IMG/VR virus record: IMGVR_UViG_3300046820_000975
Span: 47,925-111,924 of that record
From: a virus
Strand: one strand, 5' to 3'
Length of the DNA: 64,000 bases
In this document: piece after piece, positions 29,306 through 41,800 of the stretch
Layout: each line of letters starts with the position of its first letter
Position numbering within the stretch: position 1 is the stretch's first letter
Translations under genes and position numbers: made by a program
The notes under the pieces: generated by a model
Databases searched by the model: none
What the model was told of the DNA's origin: nothing
What the model saw: only the letters and a program-made list of their open reading frames with translations

Positions 29306-29383
29306 TTAGGAAAAGTCTAACTAATTTTGTACTTTTAAATGTAAGAGGTTTAGTGTGAGTTTCCTTTAAACTTCAAAAGTTTA
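29306..29383 (+). promoter_or_regulatory. Promoter-like motif with two 17-bp palindromic operators
   Basis: GTACTTTTAAATGT at 29329; TAAATGT-AAG-AGGTTTA (29336-29352); perfect TAAACTT-CAA-AAGTTTA (29367-29383) overlapping the ATG. Confidence 0.6.
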
Positions 29384-32300
29384 TGCAAAGAATACGTATT
29401 AAAAAAGCTCCAAATAAAGGAGACCAACGCGACTACAGTCTTTATGACAGAACTAGTTTAAATCCAGGTGCACCAGATAATACTGAGCACATAGGAACTA
29501 CTATGGGTCCAGTAGATCGCGAAGATGCCAATGTAGAAGTTGAAAGAGGTGAAGTTGTTATTGGTGATACAAACCAAGATGGTTTTTTAGAACTATTTAC
29601 GTTCACTGGTAAACCTCACAGTAAAGGAGGTACTCCAGTTAATATACCACCAGGTTCATTTATTTATTCTAATACACGTAAACTGCGTATTAAAGATGCA
29701 GAATTATTGAAAAGTCAGTTTGGACTTTCAATGAAGAAAGGTGGATGGACTCCTGCTGAAATTGCAAATAAATTTCAAATTAATGAGTATGTATCTGATT
29801 TAAAAAATCCAGATACAGATAACCTTACAAAGCGTTCTTCAGACAGAATGCTTAAAAACAATTTGCAGAAGTTAGGTATTCTTGCGTTGATTCAAGAATC
29901 AATGAAAGGATTCCCTGATGGTATTCCTGCAATTGCTGAACCTGTTATGCAAGAGATGGGCGTAGATCCATCTATTATTACTGGACAACAACCACAAGAA
30001 CAAGCTCCGCAATTACAAGAAGCTCCTGAACAAGAAGTACAAGAGCAACCACAAGAAGCACCAGCTGAAGAATCTGGAGAAGGCATGCCATCTTTAGAAG
30101 AGTTTCAAGCTATGCAAGAACAAGGTATGCAAAAGTATGGTGGATTAACACAATATGCTGGTGGTGGGATGACAGTTCAGCAAGCGCAAGCTTTAAGTAA
30201 GAATTTGATTGCTAAATATCAAGATGCTTATAAAAGAAAAGATTATGCTGCATTAGCAACATTAGCACCACAGTTAAGACAAGCATCAAATCAGATTAAT
30301 CAATTTAATGATGCTGGTTGGTATTCATTAGGTATGATACCTGGAACAGATCAATCAGCATTTAATAGTTATACAAGTCAGTTAAGTCAAGCAGCAAATG
30401 ATATTGAAAGAAATATTATACCACAAAGTAATTTTGTTAGTACTATTGGTAATCAGCTTAAAACATTAACTGATCAATATCAAGCTGATTATAATAAGTT
30501 GAATTCAGGACAATTGACAAATTTGTCAACTGAAGATATGCAAAAGATAAAACAAATCTATGAGTTAAATAATAGATTTGCAGCTCATGCAGCTAATATT
30601 AAAGCTGGTGGTGCTGGTATGCCTGTATCTGAATTAGCTAGATTACAAAATCAGTTAGCAAAATATTCAGCTCCATCATCTACTGGTGATAATGGAATGT
30701 CTAGTACATTAGATAGCGCTGAAGTATTAAATGCAGAATCATCTGCACCAGCTTCTACAAATACATATACATCATCTCCATTTAAAAAAGGTGATGTTTA
30801 TAAATCTAAATGGGGTAGTTATGAGATTGTAAATCCAGCAGCTGATGCTGATGGAATGATTCAGCTTGTTAACAAACAAAATAATGCAAAGACTAAAGTT
30901 AAGTTAAGTACAATGCAACAAGCAATTGGTACTGGTTTAACTAAAGGTGGAGCTGATCTTATTAGTACTGCTCCTGCTGAAACTCCTGCACAACCACCAG
31001 CACAACCAAGAGTTGGTTCTACAACTACTCCAAGTCAAGGAACACAAACAACACCAGCAGCTTCATCTGGAAGATCATCACAAGGTCCTTCAAGTGCTAC
31101 TACTGGACCAATGTTCTCAGATGATATTTACAAGATGCGTTATGGTGGATATTTAAAACGATTTGATGGAGCTGGTACAAACAATGTTCCATTAAACACT
31201 AATGCTACTACACCTGCAACTGATGAAGAAAAGTTTGTTAGTGATGTTTCAGTTAATGGTCAAACGTATAAGAAATATAGCAAAGGTGATTTAGTAATTA
31301 TTAAAGATGCTAATGGTAGAACATTATCATCTAAGAATATTAAAACTGGTGAAAAGACAGACTACAGACCAGATGCAACAATTACATATAATGCTAAGAA
31401 TGAGCGTATTAACATTGATGCACCAGATCCATCTGTAGATTATAAAGCTAAAGATTGGAAAGGTAAATATTCAGCAAGCGCAGATGAGTTTGAAAAACTT
31501 ATAAATGATCCAGGAAATGAAGATTTGCGTAACTCTATTTATGAAGAGTTTAAAAAAATTGCACAAGATCATGCTGCAAGAACAGGAGATAAAAGCTTAT
31601 TAAACATTGATAAAGCTAATGCTATTCAAATGCTTATTAAAGGTAACAGAGATAATGCTACCATTAATAGTGTTTATGAAAAAAATCCTGAGTTATTAAA
31701 AAGTGGAGATTGGGATAAAACTCAACCTAATGATTACGTAGATGCAGCAGGTAATAAAGTAAGTGGTAAAAACCTTATTTATAATAGAGTTGCTAGCAAA
31801 CTTGGTATTACACCAATGGATGCTCTTGGAACTAAAGTTTTCCAAGGAATTTATCAAGCTTCTCAGAATGTTGCACGTCAACCACAATACGTTGAGAAAT
31901 TTACTAAAAGTGGATTTGACATTACACCAATTGGTCTTAGTGATCAAACACGTTTAAATCAACCAATTTCTCCTGTAGATGAAATCTATGGTAACACTAC
32001 TGTAGGTCAAATGTACAAGTTAAAACAAGATCCAGAAATACCAATTACTGTTCCTCCAGGAAAGAAAGTAAAATACTATTGCGTTAAACAAGCAAATGGT
32101 ATGGGTAATGTGGTATCTGTCACTTATAATGAAGGTGAACAACCTATTGCACCTGCAGGCGCAGGAGCAGGATTTGATGACAGATCTACTGCTGCTATGA
32201 ATTGTTCACAAGAACAACCTGGATTAGAGCAAGCACCAGTTAAATCTGGCCCATGGTGGTTACCTGATATTGTTAACTATACTGGTACATTAACAGATAA

Positions 32301-33087
32301 GATTAACAGATACGAACCTACGTTAGAGCAATTAAGCTCACGTACTCCAGGATATGTTTTATTAGATCCAACACGTCAATTGGCTGCTAACCAAAGTCAA
32401 ATGCAACAATACAACGACATGCTTTCAAATACGATGGCAGGTAATGTTGCAGCAGCTACTGCGTTAGGTGCTTCTGGTGAAGGATTTAATAATGCTGCTA
32501 ATGTATTAGCATCTGTTGAGGGACAAAACGTTGGTATTGTTAATAATGTTGCGGCAAGTAATGCGCAGATTCAAAATCAACAAGATATGTTGAATGCGCA
32601 AGCACGTCAGAATTATGTTGGTCAAATGGCAACATTAAATCAAAATCTTGACAATGCTGAGCAACAACGTAAGTGGAGACAAATAGCTGCATTTAACAAT
32701 GGTACTAATAACTGGTATCGTAAAAAACAAATGGAGCAAGTATTATTCCCTCAAGTATTTATCAATCCAATCTCTGGTGATGCAGAATTTTCTGGCAAAG
32801 GTAGAGATTATGCAGGATATGATGTATATTCGCCCGCGTATGCATCTAACACAAAAGCTAATACTTTTGATGTTCAAGGTACATATAACAAATATATCAA
32901 GGCTGGTAATACAGATGCACAAGCTAAATGGTTAACAGAAAAAGAACTTGAGTTAAATAAAACTTCAAGTTCTGGTTCAGATGCTAGTTCAAGACAAGCA
33001 TATATGAATGCTATTATGAACCAATCAGCTGGTCAAGCAATTGAGCGTTGGGGCGGTGCAATTACACCTTGGGATTTTGACGTTTAA
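29383..33087 (+). CDS. Cargo (ejection) protein, crAss-like
   Basis: ANVEVERGEVV...GKPHSKGGTPVN N-terminal domain; Q/N/A-rich helical C-terminus; synteny between muzzle and vRNAP genes. Confidence 0.65.
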   Translation: MQRIRIKKAPNKGDQRDYSLYDRTSLNPGAPDNTEHIGTTMGPVDREDANVEVERGEVVIGDTNQDGFLELFTFTGKPHSKGGTPVNIPPGSFIYSNTRKLRIKDAELLKSQFGLSMKKGGWTPAEIANKFQINEYVSDLKNPDTDNLTKRSSDRMLKNNLQKLGILALIQESMKGFPDGIPAIAEPVMQEMGVDPSIITGQQPQEQAPQLQEAPEQEVQEQPQEAPAEESGEGMPSLEEFQAMQEQGMQKYGGLTQYAGGGMTVQQAQALSKNLIAKYQDAYKRKDYAALATLAPQLRQASNQINQFNDAGWYSLGMIPGTDQSAFNSYTSQLSQAANDIERNIIPQSNFVSTIGNQLKTLTDQYQADYNKLNSGQLTNLSTEDMQKIKQIYELNNRFAAHAANIKAGGAGMPVSELARLQNQLAKYSAPSSTGDNGMSSTLDSAEVLNAESSAPASTNTYTSSPFKKGDVYKSKWGSYEIVNPAADADGMIQLVNKQNNAKTKVKLSTMQQAIGTGLTKGGADLISTAPAETPAQPPAQPRVGSTTTPSQGTQTTPAASSGRSSQGPSSATTGPMFSDDIYKMRYGGYLKRFDGAGTNNVPLNTNATTPATDEEKFVSDVSVNGQTYKKYSKGDLVIIKDANGRTLSSKNIKTGEKTDYRPDATITYNAKNERINIDAPDPSVDYKAKDWKGKYSASADEFEKLINDPGNEDLRNSIYEEFKKIAQDHAARTGDKSLLNIDKANAIQMLIKGNRDNATINSVYEKNPELLKSGDWDKTQPNDYVDAAGNKVSGKNLIYNRVASKLGITPMDALGTKVFQGIYQASQNVARQPQYVEKFTKSGFDITPIGLSDQTRLNQPISPVDEIYGNTTVGQMYKLKQDPEIPITVPPGKKVKYYCVKQANGMGNVVSVTYNEGEQPIAPAGAGAGFDDRSTAAMNCSQEQPGLEQAPVKSGPWWLPDIVNYTGTLTDKINRYEPTLEQLSSRTPGYVLLDPTRQLAANQSQMQQYNDMLSNTMAGNVAAATALGASGEGFNNAANVLASVEGQNVGIVNNVAASNAQIQNQQDMLNAQARQNYVGQMATLNQNLDNAEQQRKWRQIAAFNNGTNNWYRKKQMEQVLFPQVFINPISGDAEFSGKGRDYAGYDVYSPAYASNTKANTFDVQGTYNKYIKAGNTDAQAKWLTEKELELNKTSSSGSDASSRQAYMNAIMNQSAGQAIERWGGAITPWDFDV

Positions 33088-33102
33088 AAAACATATTATA
33101 GA

Positions 33103-35787
33103 ATGGCTACGTTTACTAATCAAACAGACCAGTTTGGTCCATTGCAACTTTATAAACCTGATTACAGTTTTCTGACTCAGGTTTATGGAACACGTCAGGC
33201 TGAATATGATCGTGGTTTTAACACAGTTAAAAGTTTATATAATTCAGCACTTAACAGTCCTGTCACTAGTGAAGCTAATGAAGCTTTTCGTCAAGAAGCT
33301 TTTAAGAAAATTCAAAACTCACTTAAATCAGTTAGTGGAGTTGACTTATCAAATCCAACTAACATAACACGCGCACAAAACTTACTAAATCCGATTACAG
33401 ATGATGAAGAGTTAATGCGTGATATGTCAGTTACACGTTATAACGCAGATCAAGAACAACGCTTAAATGCTGTTAAAAATAGTTCAGATCCTGAAATACG
33501 TAAACAATACAATGAGTATAGCGCAAAAGCTATTCAATTATCTAAAGAAGATTTACGTACAGCAAAACGTGGTACTGGTGAAGTATCTAAAGTTAGACCA
33601 GGTGAGTTTATTCCACAAGAAGATATTGCTGAATACTTAAACAAAGCAGCAAAGGAACAAGGTATTAAAATTGCTTTTTCTGAAGCTGATGGTAAAGGTT
33701 ACATTATCAATACAGAAAATGGTACACGTGCTTACGGTGCGTTTACCAACTGGGCAAAAACTATGATGGGTAATCGCTTTGACCGTCAATTACAACAAAG
33801 AGGTTATGTAGAAAGTGAGAATATTATACGTAACACAATGGCAGAAAACAAAGTAGGACGTGATGTAGCTACACAAATGGTTTCTGACAAGTTATCAAAA
33901 GAACTTACTACACAATCTGCTACTGATGGAGTTGAAGCTGACAAGCAACTTAAAGAGTTGAATGACAACATCAATCTTTATAAAAAAGAATACCCTAATG
34001 GTGTACCTGAAACTAAACTAGCAGATTTTAAAAAGCTGGTTACACAACGTGATGAATACAAAAAACAATTAGAAGAAGCACGTACAGTAAACTACAATGT
34101 ACAAAATGATGGGGCAGCTTACGTTGCTGCAAACATTGCAGGTATTTTTACTAAAGAAGCTAAGAACTCAATTGCACATAACTGGGCAAAGACAAGAGCT
34201 GATGCAACTGCAAAGACTGAATTGAAAGATGATCAGGTTGTTTTAACTAAATGGAAAATAGCGTCTGATGAGCGTCAAACCTCTATGCGTATTGCATCTT
34301 CTGAGAAAATTGCACAAATGCATGAAGCTGGTACGCAAGCACGTTGGGAAAAAGATCATGAACTTAAAGTTGCTAAACTTAAAGCAGAAAACAAATTACC
34401 TAACGAAGATCGTATTGGTACATTTGCTACTACATCAGATACAAAAGGTGTTGACATATTAGGTCAAGCTAATAAAGAAACACAAGAAAGAATGTTTAAT
34501 ACAGTATTTTCAGCTGGTGATGGTATTGTAAACCAAGTACTTGATACTAAATATCAAGGTCAGCTTTACTCTGTTATGGCAAAAGTTAAGCAGATTGAAT
34601 CTGGCAATGATGTTAAATTAACAGCAGAAGAAAAGAATCTGATTGCTCAAGTTGGTAAGCAACTTAATGTTACTGTATATAACCCAACTAACTCAGCTAC
34701 AGCTCGTGCAGTAATTGATAACATTACTACTGGTATGGTTACTAAAGCACAAGGACGTATTAAGCAATACGCTAGTATGGGTAAAAGTAGCAAAGCTGGT
34801 CAATTAGCTACTGCTCTTAATGGTGTAATATCTGATATGCATACGTTAAATGAACAATATGATAATCAGAAAAGCAACTACAAAAAAGTAGCAGCTATTG
34901 TTACAGATGGTTCAGGTCATATTAAATCTGGATTTGAAGGAGCTAAGATAACTGGATACTTTAAAGATGGTACACCTATCATTGATGTAACTGGCATGTC
35001 TGTTGAAAAACGTGACTTTGTTAGTAAACAAGTTGATGATCAATACAATACACGTGCTGGTCAAGCAGGAGCAATTTATCAATTTAATGCACTTGATGCA
35101 AAAGATGTATTTGCTATTACTAACAGTAATGGTATGGTATCTGCTAAAGATCAAAATGGTAATGATGTGGATATGAGTACTTTACGTTCATTACCTGCAG
35201 ATCAATTAAAAGAAATGCTAGGTAAAACTGCACAGGTAGCTTATGATCCAGGTAACAAGAATGTAGTAGTAAAACTTAAGGTTGATCCTTCATCAGGTAT
35301 TGCTAAAACATTAAAACTTGATCGTACATCTGTTATTGATGTAACAATTCCTTATAAAGCTATTCAAGCTAATCCAGATGACTATGGACGTTTAGGTATG
35401 TACATAAACAAAAACACAGCTAATGTTACTTCATATAATAACAATTTTGCTAAATTTGTAAGTGAACCTACTGCTACAATTACTGCGCCATCTACGTATA
35501 CAAATGCGGGATTTGACTATTCTATATCTGGAACAAGAAACAGTAATGGTCAGTATGGTTTAAATATTAACTACGAATATACAAACCCTTCAACAGGTAA
35601 AACTGAAAGACACCATTCATTTAAGCCAATCAACAATCCTGGAGATCCTGCAGAATTTCTTGCTGCTCAAAGTATGATTACCAGTGTATTTGATTCTTAT
35701 ACATTGAATAGACAACAGTATGAAGATCAAGTAAATGGTAACGTAAGTACTTATGAATATTCAGATGATGATTTTGACTTAGATTAA
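33103..35787 (+). CDS. Cargo (ejection) protein
   Basis: 894 aa; N-terminal YKPDYSFL..V....QAEYD, helical; synteny. Confidence 0.55.
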   Translation: MATFTNQTDQFGPLQLYKPDYSFLTQVYGTRQAEYDRGFNTVKSLYNSALNSPVTSEANEAFRQEAFKKIQNSLKSVSGVDLSNPTNITRAQNLLNPITDDEELMRDMSVTRYNADQEQRLNAVKNSSDPEIRKQYNEYSAKAIQLSKEDLRTAKRGTGEVSKVRPGEFIPQEDIAEYLNKAAKEQGIKIAFSEADGKGYIINTENGTRAYGAFTNWAKTMMGNRFDRQLQQRGYVESENIIRNTMAENKVGRDVATQMVSDKLSKELTTQSATDGVEADKQLKELNDNINLYKKEYPNGVPETKLADFKKLVTQRDEYKKQLEEARTVNYNVQNDGAAYVAANIAGIFTKEAKNSIAHNWAKTRADATAKTELKDDQVVLTKWKIASDERQTSMRIASSEKIAQMHEAGTQARWEKDHELKVAKLKAENKLPNEDRIGTFATTSDTKGVDILGQANKETQERMFNTVFSAGDGIVNQVLDTKYQGQLYSVMAKVKQIESGNDVKLTAEEKNLIAQVGKQLNVTVYNPTNSATARAVIDNITTGMVTKAQGRIKQYASMGKSSKAGQLATALNGVISDMHTLNEQYDNQKSNYKKVAAIVTDGSGHIKSGFEGAKITGYFKDGTPIIDVTGMSVEKRDFVSKQVDDQYNTRAGQAGAIYQFNALDAKDVFAITNSNGMVSAKDQNGNDVDMSTLRSLPADQLKEMLGKTAQVAYDPGNKNVVVKLKVDPSSGIAKTLKLDRTSVIDVTIPYKAIQANPDDYGRLGMYINKNTANVTSYNNNFAKFVSEPTATITAPSTYTNAGFDYSISGTRNSNGQYGLNINYEYTNPSTGKTERHHSFKPINNPGDPAEFLAAQSMITSVFDSYTLNRQQYEDQVNGNVSTYEYSDDDFDLD

Positions 35788-35800
35788 ACTTAACAAAACA

Positions 35801-38800
35801 ATGGCTGATCAACTAGAACCATTAAGCATACAAGATGCAATAAAACAGGCTACAGCTCCAGCAGGTGCTCAACCTAAAACTAATGATTTTGCATCTTCAA
35901 TGAATGATGTATTCAATGATGCTAATGCAAAATTTACTGTACCAGAAGATGTACCTACTTCACCATTGCGTGCGGGTGGTCCTGGTGTACAATTTTATAA
36001 TGCAGATGATGCAGCCAAATATCAACTTCAATCAGATTTTGATGCGTGGGGTTTTAATCCAAACAATCCAGCAAACTATGATCGCATGGTTGCAAAAGAG
36101 GATTGGGGTTCAGCTATTAGTAAAGGTTGGGATGGTTTAAAAACAAACTTTGGAAATACATACGTTGGTAACTTTACTGGTTATGGACGTATGGTTGATG
36201 CTATTGCTCATCTAGATATGTCTAGACTTATGGATGATGAAAGCACCATGATTGATCAGGCATATGCACAAAAACAAATGGGTAACAAAAATTTTGTTTT
36301 TGTTAAACCAGAAGAAGAAGATGACATCTTTGGAAAAAAGTTTGTTGCTGAAAGTATGCAAAGTGCTGGATTTAGCCTCGGTACTGTTGCTGCATTTGGA
36401 ACTGAATTATTAGCAGATGCGTTAATTACAGCTGCAACTGCAGGTGGAGGTATTGAAACATTTGGCGCATCTATAGCTAAATTTGGTGCTAGACTTGGAA
36501 TGGAGACAGCTGGTAAAGCTATCGGTAAAGGTGTTAGTGCTGTTGGTAAAGTAGCTAAAGGATTTACAGAAGTTGAAAGTTTAGGCAAAGGTGCATTAAA
36601 TGCTGCAGATAAAGGACTTGATGTTGCAGGTAAATTAAAAGGTGCATTGACTAGTCCTACAATTAGAAAGGAAGTAATTAATGATACATTTGAAGCCATG
36701 ACTAAAACAATGGCACAACTTTCTAATCCTAGCAAAATTGGAGAATGGAGTATGAAAGCTCTTGAAAAAACTCCATTATTAGGTACTGGTGTAAAGTTTG
36801 GTAAAACCATTCGTGCTGCTGCAAAAGGAGGAGCAGGCGCTTCTGAATTAATTGGTATGGGTCTTGGTGCTACAAGACGCGTAATGCAAGAATATAACAT
36901 GGCTTCTACTGAAGCTAACATGGAAGCTGTATCATCTTATTCAGATACTCTGGATGATATGGTAAGACAATATAAAGCATCTAATGGTGGTGACACACCT
37001 TCAGAACTTGAATTTGCATCTATGAGAAATGATGCAATGAAATCTGCTGGTGCTAACTATAAGACAAACATGTCTGTTTTATTAGCAATGAACTCACTTC
37101 AATTTGGTAACGTGTTGAATAAGTATGGTTCTGCCAATAAGTTTATACGTGACTTTATGATGGAAGGTGCAGAAGATGTACTTGCTGTTGAAGGTAAACG
37201 TATATTAAAACAAGGTGCAAAAGAAGTAGTTAAAGAAGGAGTTGAACAAGCTGGTAAACAAGCAGCAAAAGAAGGTGTTAAAGAAGCTGTTGAGCAAGGT
37301 GTAAAACAATCATTTACAAAGTTATATGAAAAAGGTGCTTTAGGTACATTAGGTCTTGTGGGACAAATCTCAAGAGACTTTGGTAAGAAGGAAGCAGCAT
37401 ATCAATTAGGTAGATCTTTTGTAAGAAACTTTGCAAAGTTTGAAGCATTAGAAGGTTTGCAAGAAAATATACAAGAAGCTTCAGGTAAAGCATGGCGCGA
37501 TTATTATGCAGCAAAACATGACACAGCTGTTAAAACTATTTATGATACATTCTCTGATGCTATAGGTGATCAAATGAGCAAGCAAGGTTTTAGAACTTTC
37601 TTGTCAGGTGCACTTGGTGGTGTGTTGTCACATGGTCCATCAATGATAATAAACAAAACAATTGCTAAAGCTGCTGAAGGTGCTAATTCATTAAATTACA
37701 GAAATGATCCTTCTCAGAATCCAGCAACACAAGCTCAAAAAGCATTGAAAGAAAACATTGCAAATCTTAATGCAATGTTTGAACAAACTTCAAGTAGTAC
37801 TATTGATAAGTCATTATTTAACTTTGCCAACCAGATTCATGCTGGTAAAGAAATGACACAGGCTGCTGCTAAAAATCAGCAGTATGAGTTTACCAATGGT
37901 AGAGATAATGCTTTATTGTCTGCTGTAATTTCAGCTAAACAAACTGGTACAGTTGATGTTCTTGCACGTTCATTCCGTGAGATGGGTAATAATATGACTG
38001 CTGAACAATTTGAAAACAACTTTGGTATAAGCCTTAGTGATACAAAATATAATTCAGTTGAAGATTTTACTAATTCAATAGGAGATGATATTGAAAAATA
38101 TTCAGAATCAATTGATGATGTTAAACGTAATGTAGGTGATTTAGCTAATCCTAATCTATATAAAGTAGGTAGCAAAGAATATTATCTTGCAATACATAAA
38201 CGTAGAACGCAAGAAGAAGCTGTTAATATTATCTCTTACAATATGTTACGTGGAGAAATGACAGCTGAACGTGTTCAACAATTAGCACAAGAAGTAAGAG
38301 CTAATCCTGTATTGGCCCATTCTGCTGATTATGTAATGCGTGTATTACACAATGGTGAGAATTTAGATGCTGAAATTGGCAATGTTCAAAGTGAAGTTAC
38401 AATACTTAATGAACAACTTAAAGGTGAAGGATTAGATCCAAAACTTAAAGCTGATTTAGAAAAACAATTAGAACTCAAAAAAGAACATCTAGTTGATTTA
38501 AAAATATGGCAGAGTTACTTTGACAAATCAGCACGTAAAAGAACAGCTGGTAAAGAAAGCGCTGTTGAGTATACTAGTGGTAAATTTGTAGGTAAAGGTA
38601 AAAAGTCAACATTTGATGATCAGGGTAAACTTGTTCAAGAATTTGAACCTACATCAGAAGAACTAAATGATCCTGAAGTACTTGCAAGATTTAAAAAGCT
38701 ATTGGTTAATTTAAATAACCAAGCTGGTATTTCTGTACAAATGACTGATGCTCAAGCGCGTGAAGCATTATCAAAAGTTACTGATATTAGTCGCCTTAAC

Positions 38801-41800
38801 AATGATGCAAAAGAATACATGCAAAGCGTGGATGTGTTATACAATCCAGAAGCTTTTGAGTATGCTACATCAAGAATGTTAGATGGTGAAATCAAATTCA
38901 AAATTAATGCTACTTTAAAACAGTTGTCAGAAAGTACAGATAATTCAATTGCTATGATCATTCTTGGGTATCAGATAACTGATCCAAATGAACAAAGAGC
39001 AATTGCACAAGAAGTATTTGATGCTGTACAAAAGTCTAATGAGTATACTAAACTAATAGCACTTATAGTTGACCCTAATTTAGGGTATCAATCTGGTACT
39101 TACGCAAATGAATTATTTCAATCTTTATTCAAAAAGCTTACAGATAAAGTAAGAGAGATTTCAAATCGCTATGATAAGTCTGGCGCAACTGATATCTCAG
39201 ATACTGATTATGAAGCGTTTAAGAAAGATGGTACAGTACCTGAAGATGTAAAGCAGCGTATAGCTCAAATGCTTTATGATCGTAATCCTCTTACAGATAA
39301 GATGAAAGAGGTTTATGATAAACATAAAGAAGACATTGACAAAATGGTTGATGCTTTAGAAGAAGAGTTTAAGAGAAAGCGTGATGCAGCTCGTGGTCAA
39401 AAGATCTATGATAATTCTGCTAACTCGTATGAAGGTCAAGCATCAAAGCGATTATACGTCATGGAGAATGATCGTAGATTTGCAGAAGACATTGAGAAAT
39501 ATTATGAAACACGCGATGGTCAAGTAGGTAGCCTTAAAGAGATGGTTCAAAAGGCAATTGAAAATCCTTTAACACATCCTTATATTAAAGAAGGATTAAA
39601 GAAATTAGTTGATAAGATAGGTGATGATGCGCTAGTTAAATTTGATTCAAAACAAACTATTGCTCCAGGATACTATGATCCTAAAGAGCATCTTGTTGTA
39701 TTAGATCCAGAATTAGTAAACTCTGGTAATGTAAGTTTTGAAGCTGTTATGTTCCATGAATTAATACATTACTTTACTTCAAGAGAACTTAATAAAGATA
39801 CTGAGTTTACTCAGAAAATTGAGAAAATGTATGCTAATGCCAAAGTGTTTATGATGGCAAACAACATTAGTACCAATTACTATGGCATGTCTAACTTGGA
39901 TGAATTCCTTGCTGAAGCATTTACAAATCCAGAATTCCAAAGTCAGTTAAATAAAATTCCAGGTGATCAAGGTAAAACCATGTGGCAATCATTCTTGGAT
40001 GCATTAACTAAGTTTTTAAAAGAAGCTTTGAATGTTAATGTTACTCCATCAATGCTTACAGATGTAATGAAAGCTGTACAGGAGTTTATTGATGATCCAA
40101 CTTACAATGGTGCAGTAGAGTTCTTAAAAAACAAAGGACTAACTGATGCTGAGATACAAGAATTTTCACGTGCTGAAGTATTGTCTATTGCTGAACAAGA
40201 AGGATATAATAAAGATCAGAATCCTCCAGCTTCAGAAGATTCATTAAATAAACCTGAAGAAATTATTCCTGAATTACAACAAGCTGCAGAAGGTCTTACA
40301 GGACAAGAAACTGGTGCTGTTGCAGAAATAATCCCTCCTACAGATTCTGAAAACATGACTGCTGAAGAAATTGAAAGACAAGCAACTTCTTTAGCTGAAA
40401 ATGATGTAAAGGAAAATACAGAAGCTTTAGAAAGATTAACTGGTAAAGGTCAAGTTGGTAGTACTGTTACAGATGTAGCTTCAAATGAAATGTCTGGTGC
40501 TCCTGACATGAGTCAATTATTAGCTGGTAAATTAGGTGCAGGCGCAACTGTTAATGTACCTATCAAAAATGGTTTAGTACAAATTACTATTAATGATAAC
40601 AATGTATATAAGGAAGCTTATGTATTCAATGTTAAAGACGGTGTAATTGTTAAAGCTACACATGTCACTAGATTTAAAAACTCTACAGAACCTACAGCAG
40701 ATAAAAAGACACAGGTTGCTAATCCTATTGAAACTTATAATAATCTTGCGTCTAATCCAGCTTACAAAGTTGATGTGCGTGATGATGATAAAGTCAAAGA
40801 AACACCTGCACAACAAACAACTACTCCAGATATTCAAGCTAAAAAAGCTGAGATTGAAAAAAGAAGAGAACAAGAAATCAAAGAGAACGTTCAATTACTT
40901 GATGTAAATGATGTAAGAAGACCTAATGGTGCAATTGGTACACAAGGGTTTGATCCATCAACAATGAAAGATTTAGTAAAATTTATATCAGGTAAGATGG
41001 GATTTGCAATACCATCTGAATTACTTGATAAAAAGACTGATAAATTAAAACCTCTAATTGATTATATAATTGAAAATCAAGACATTAAAGCTAAAATACT
41101 TGATTATATTACAAGCAATCCATCAGAAATATCTGTCATGCCTGATGATTCTATTCAATTTTTGGATGGTAACCATAGAGCAAATTTATTAAACATCATT
41201 GGTTCTGCAGTTATTCCTGTTATAAATCAGACTTCAAAAAAACAAATTGATTCTAAATATGATGCAGAACTAGCTGCTTTAAATACTGAAAGTACTGGTG
41301 AAGCTGCTATAGCTTTAGATGAGAAAGTAAGTACAGCTCCTGTTGTAACTGGTAACATTGAAGTTAAAGGTACAGAAGAAACTGGGTTACAAGTAGTTGA
41401 TACTCAAACAAATACAACAGTTGCAAAAGATATTGAAAATTTAGATGAAGCTAACAAAATAGCACAATCATTTAACAACAGTGTATCTGATGTAGAAGTA
41501 GCAAAACAAATTCTAGATAAGTTGATGAATGGCAGTGCAACTCCTGAAGCTATTGTAGCATTCTGTGAATCAGCTAAAAACAGTTTGCGTTCATATAATA
41601 ATATGAATAAGACAGATCTTAAAACTTTAAGTGAGTATGCTAATACTCCTAAAGGTATGGAGTTGTTGACCAATCTAGCTAAAAAGAAATTGGGAATACA
41701 AGAAACAAAGAAGAAAACTGCAAAGGTTGAAAAGAAAGAAACTGCTGCACAACCTGATTTGTTTAACACTACTAACGAAACAACTAACAAAGATTTAACT

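Noticed and set aside
37205-37310. KQGAKEVVKEGVEQAGKQAAKEGVKEAVEQGVKQ repeat
   Set aside because: Low-complexity amphipathic helix repeat common in ejection proteins; no separate function supportable.
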